A DNA stretch of 64,000 bases from NCBI GenBank assembly GCA_963750165.1, contig CAVVPN010000001.1, positions 160,001 to 224,000 of the forward strand. The letters run 5' to 3'. Both the position numbers and the translations under genes were made by a program. This DNA comes from an uncultured Gemmataceae bacterium (GTDB taxonomy: Bacteria > Planctomycetota > Planctomycetia > Gemmatales > Gemmataceae). Below the pieces are notes generated by a model that saw only the letters and a list, made by a program, of their open reading frames with translations, made no database searches and was not told the origin of the DNA. Positions 62,404 through 64,000 of this stretch are shown one piece after another. Each line of letters starts with the position of its first letter. The stretch's first letter is position 1.

Positions 62404-62562
62404 GCCGTTACCCTAGCACCTCGGAGCAGGTGTCACTAGCCGTCATTGACGTCGTGTCACTCATGGTTGCGAATCGGAACAATTACAATCTGGCCCGAAA
62501 GCCGGAGCCCAATTCCGCCGTTGACGTCCGCCGTACGGTCGCAGGAGGCGGTTGTGGCCGAC

Positions 62563-63453
62563 TCAGTAACCTCTTGCCTTTGGCCACCCGTACTGCTCGC
62601 AGCGATCCTGCCTACGGACGACCGCCGGGATCGGGCTGCCGTCGCGATACGACAACGGGAAGTCCTCGCGCCAGCGATTCAGCTCATCGCCGCCCAAGTC
62701 GTTGGACTCGAATAGCGGTTTGATGTTGCCCTTGTAGAACGCCGGCGTGCCGCTGGCGTCCATCACCTCCAGCAGTTTGCGGATATGCGTGACGTCGGGC
62801 TGGAAGTACTTCTTGCCGCTGCTGGCGGCGCCGATCACGATCCAGTCCAGTGGGTGATCCGTCCCGATCACGGCCGTCAGGTCCCACGACACCGGCTCGG
62901 CGCTCATCCAGACGATGTTGCCCGTTCGCTTCTTCACCTCCCACAGCACGTCCAGGCTCCGCCGCAGCATGGCCTCCTGCTGGCTCCGCGACAGCTGGTT
63001 GCCCATGAAGAAATCGGGCGGCGAGCTGACACCGACCCACTGGTTAGGCGGCATGTCGTCGGTGTACTTCAGCAGCTGCGGCGCGGCCTTCGTCAGCGAC
63101 TGGTACGTGTGGTGCGGGGCCTTCTTCATCTCGCCTAAGACGGCTCTGACATGCTCGGCGGGCACGTTGACCTCGAACAGGTCCGACATCGAGTCGCAGA
63201 AGATCAGTAGCGGCGTCTTGCCGGCCGCCAGCTTCGGCAACTCCTCCGGCCGCCAATAATGGTGCTCGAAGCCGTGCGGGTAAGCACGCTTGGCGACACC
63301 GTGCTCGGCCAGCATCTTCGCGTAGCAGCCGGCCACCGTGCCGTCGGGCATCTTCCACTTGCACTCGTGCATGCAGCCGCCCAGCACGTTGCGCGTTTCG
63401 TCGCACCACTCGATGCCGCGGCCGTCGGTCGCGGGCTTGAATTGCACGGTCAT
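62563..63453 (-). CDS. DUF5131 (phage Gp37/Gp68) family protein
   Basis: IEWCDETRN..GGC...C...CYA, IFCDSMSDLF, YQSLTK, WVGVS, SAEP, DWIVIG. Confidence 0.88.
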   Translation of the reverse strand: MTVQFKPATDGRGIEWCDETRNVLGGCMHECKWKMPDGTVAGCYAKMLAEHGVAKRAYPHGFEHHYWRPEELPKLAAGKTPLLIFCDSMSDLFEVNVPAEHVRAVLGEMKKAPHHTYQSLTKAAPQLLKYTDDMPPNQWVGVSSPPDFFMGNQLSRSQQEAMLRRSLDVLWEVKKRTGNIVWMSAEPVSWDLTAVIGTDHPLDWIVIGAASSGKKYFQPDVTHIRKLLEVMDASGTPAFYKGNIKPLFESNDLGGDELNRWREDFPLSYRDGSPIPAVVRRQDRCEQYGWPKARGY

Positions 63454-64000
63454 GGTTACACTCCTTATGTGAAAATCCAAGGCTGTTTTGATTACTGTCG
63501 TCAACCACGCTCGTCCACATAGATCGTGGTTAGTATCGCGCACACCGTATCCCTGCCCACACCAAGGTCCGTCACGCCGCATTCTGGCGCCGGCGCCGTA
63601 CGCATGGGCCGCGACATCCTCCCCAGCATCTCCTCCACGTCCGCACGTCCAGCGTCCGGCCCATCGCCTGCTTGCTCTTCCCACCGCATTGCTTGCAGAA
63701 GAAGGCGACCATCTGGACCTGTCAAGGGTCGCGGACGGAGCTGAACCAATGCTACTCTGCCCGCTGGGCGGCAGGACCGCTCTCGCCGCAGGCGGTGCCC
63801 CGGTAGATACGCGCTAGGGTGCAAGCCGCTCGGTGCGTCGCGTTGGCATCAAGCTGTCCTCATCATACTTCTCGTGACTCCTGGTCGTGGCGTTGGTCCT
63901 GGCTCCCGCTTCCGTTGGCCGTCACCGCTCGACCGCGCCGCCCGAAGCCGCCGCCGTTGAAACCGTCCTTGCCGACCAGCACCAGACCCGCGCTTGCCCC

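Noticed and set aside
63501..64000. Minus-strand ORF(s) at the window edge
   Set aside because: No recognisable motif and uncertain frame, so no call can be supported.

Overview
GC-rich bacterial DNA, most likely a planctomycete of the Gemmataceae type. This is inferred from the ECF-sigma/Ser-Thr-kinase pairs, a transmembrane-extended ECF and REP-like palindromes. Bases 1-9.9 kb look like core chromosome: two-component and c-di-GMP signalling genes, a methyltransferase, an ECF sigma factor, an epimerase and tRNA-Leu(GAG), with large palindromes in the intergenic gaps. A decayed 3' half of tRNA-Pro(GGG) at 11013-11055 marks the probable end of an integrated island that runs past the right edge of the window. 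The island carries two modules with the same layout, each a stress-detoxification operon transcribed away from an ECF sigma plus Ser/Thr kinase(s). Module 1 is two cytochromes P460, an RclC/DUF417 protein, a Rid protein and an RclA-like flavin-disulfide reductase. Module 2 is MarR-egtB-egtD-disulfide reductase followed by a long DJ-1/VOC, aldehyde dehydrogenase, SDR, AKR and MOSC operon; three of its transcription units share a 26-bp promoter-like motif. Between the modules are MazEF and AbiE-type toxin-antitoxin pairs and an HTH + ImmA/IrrE-regulated multi-ubiquitin operon cut by IS3. Mobile DNA comprises three IS3 copies, IS701, IS21, an IS110 remnant and a 102-bp MITE. ICE/phage-like small genes appear after 60 kb. 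About 15 single-base frameshifts are probably mostly sequencing errors. All family calls come from motif recognition, not database searches.
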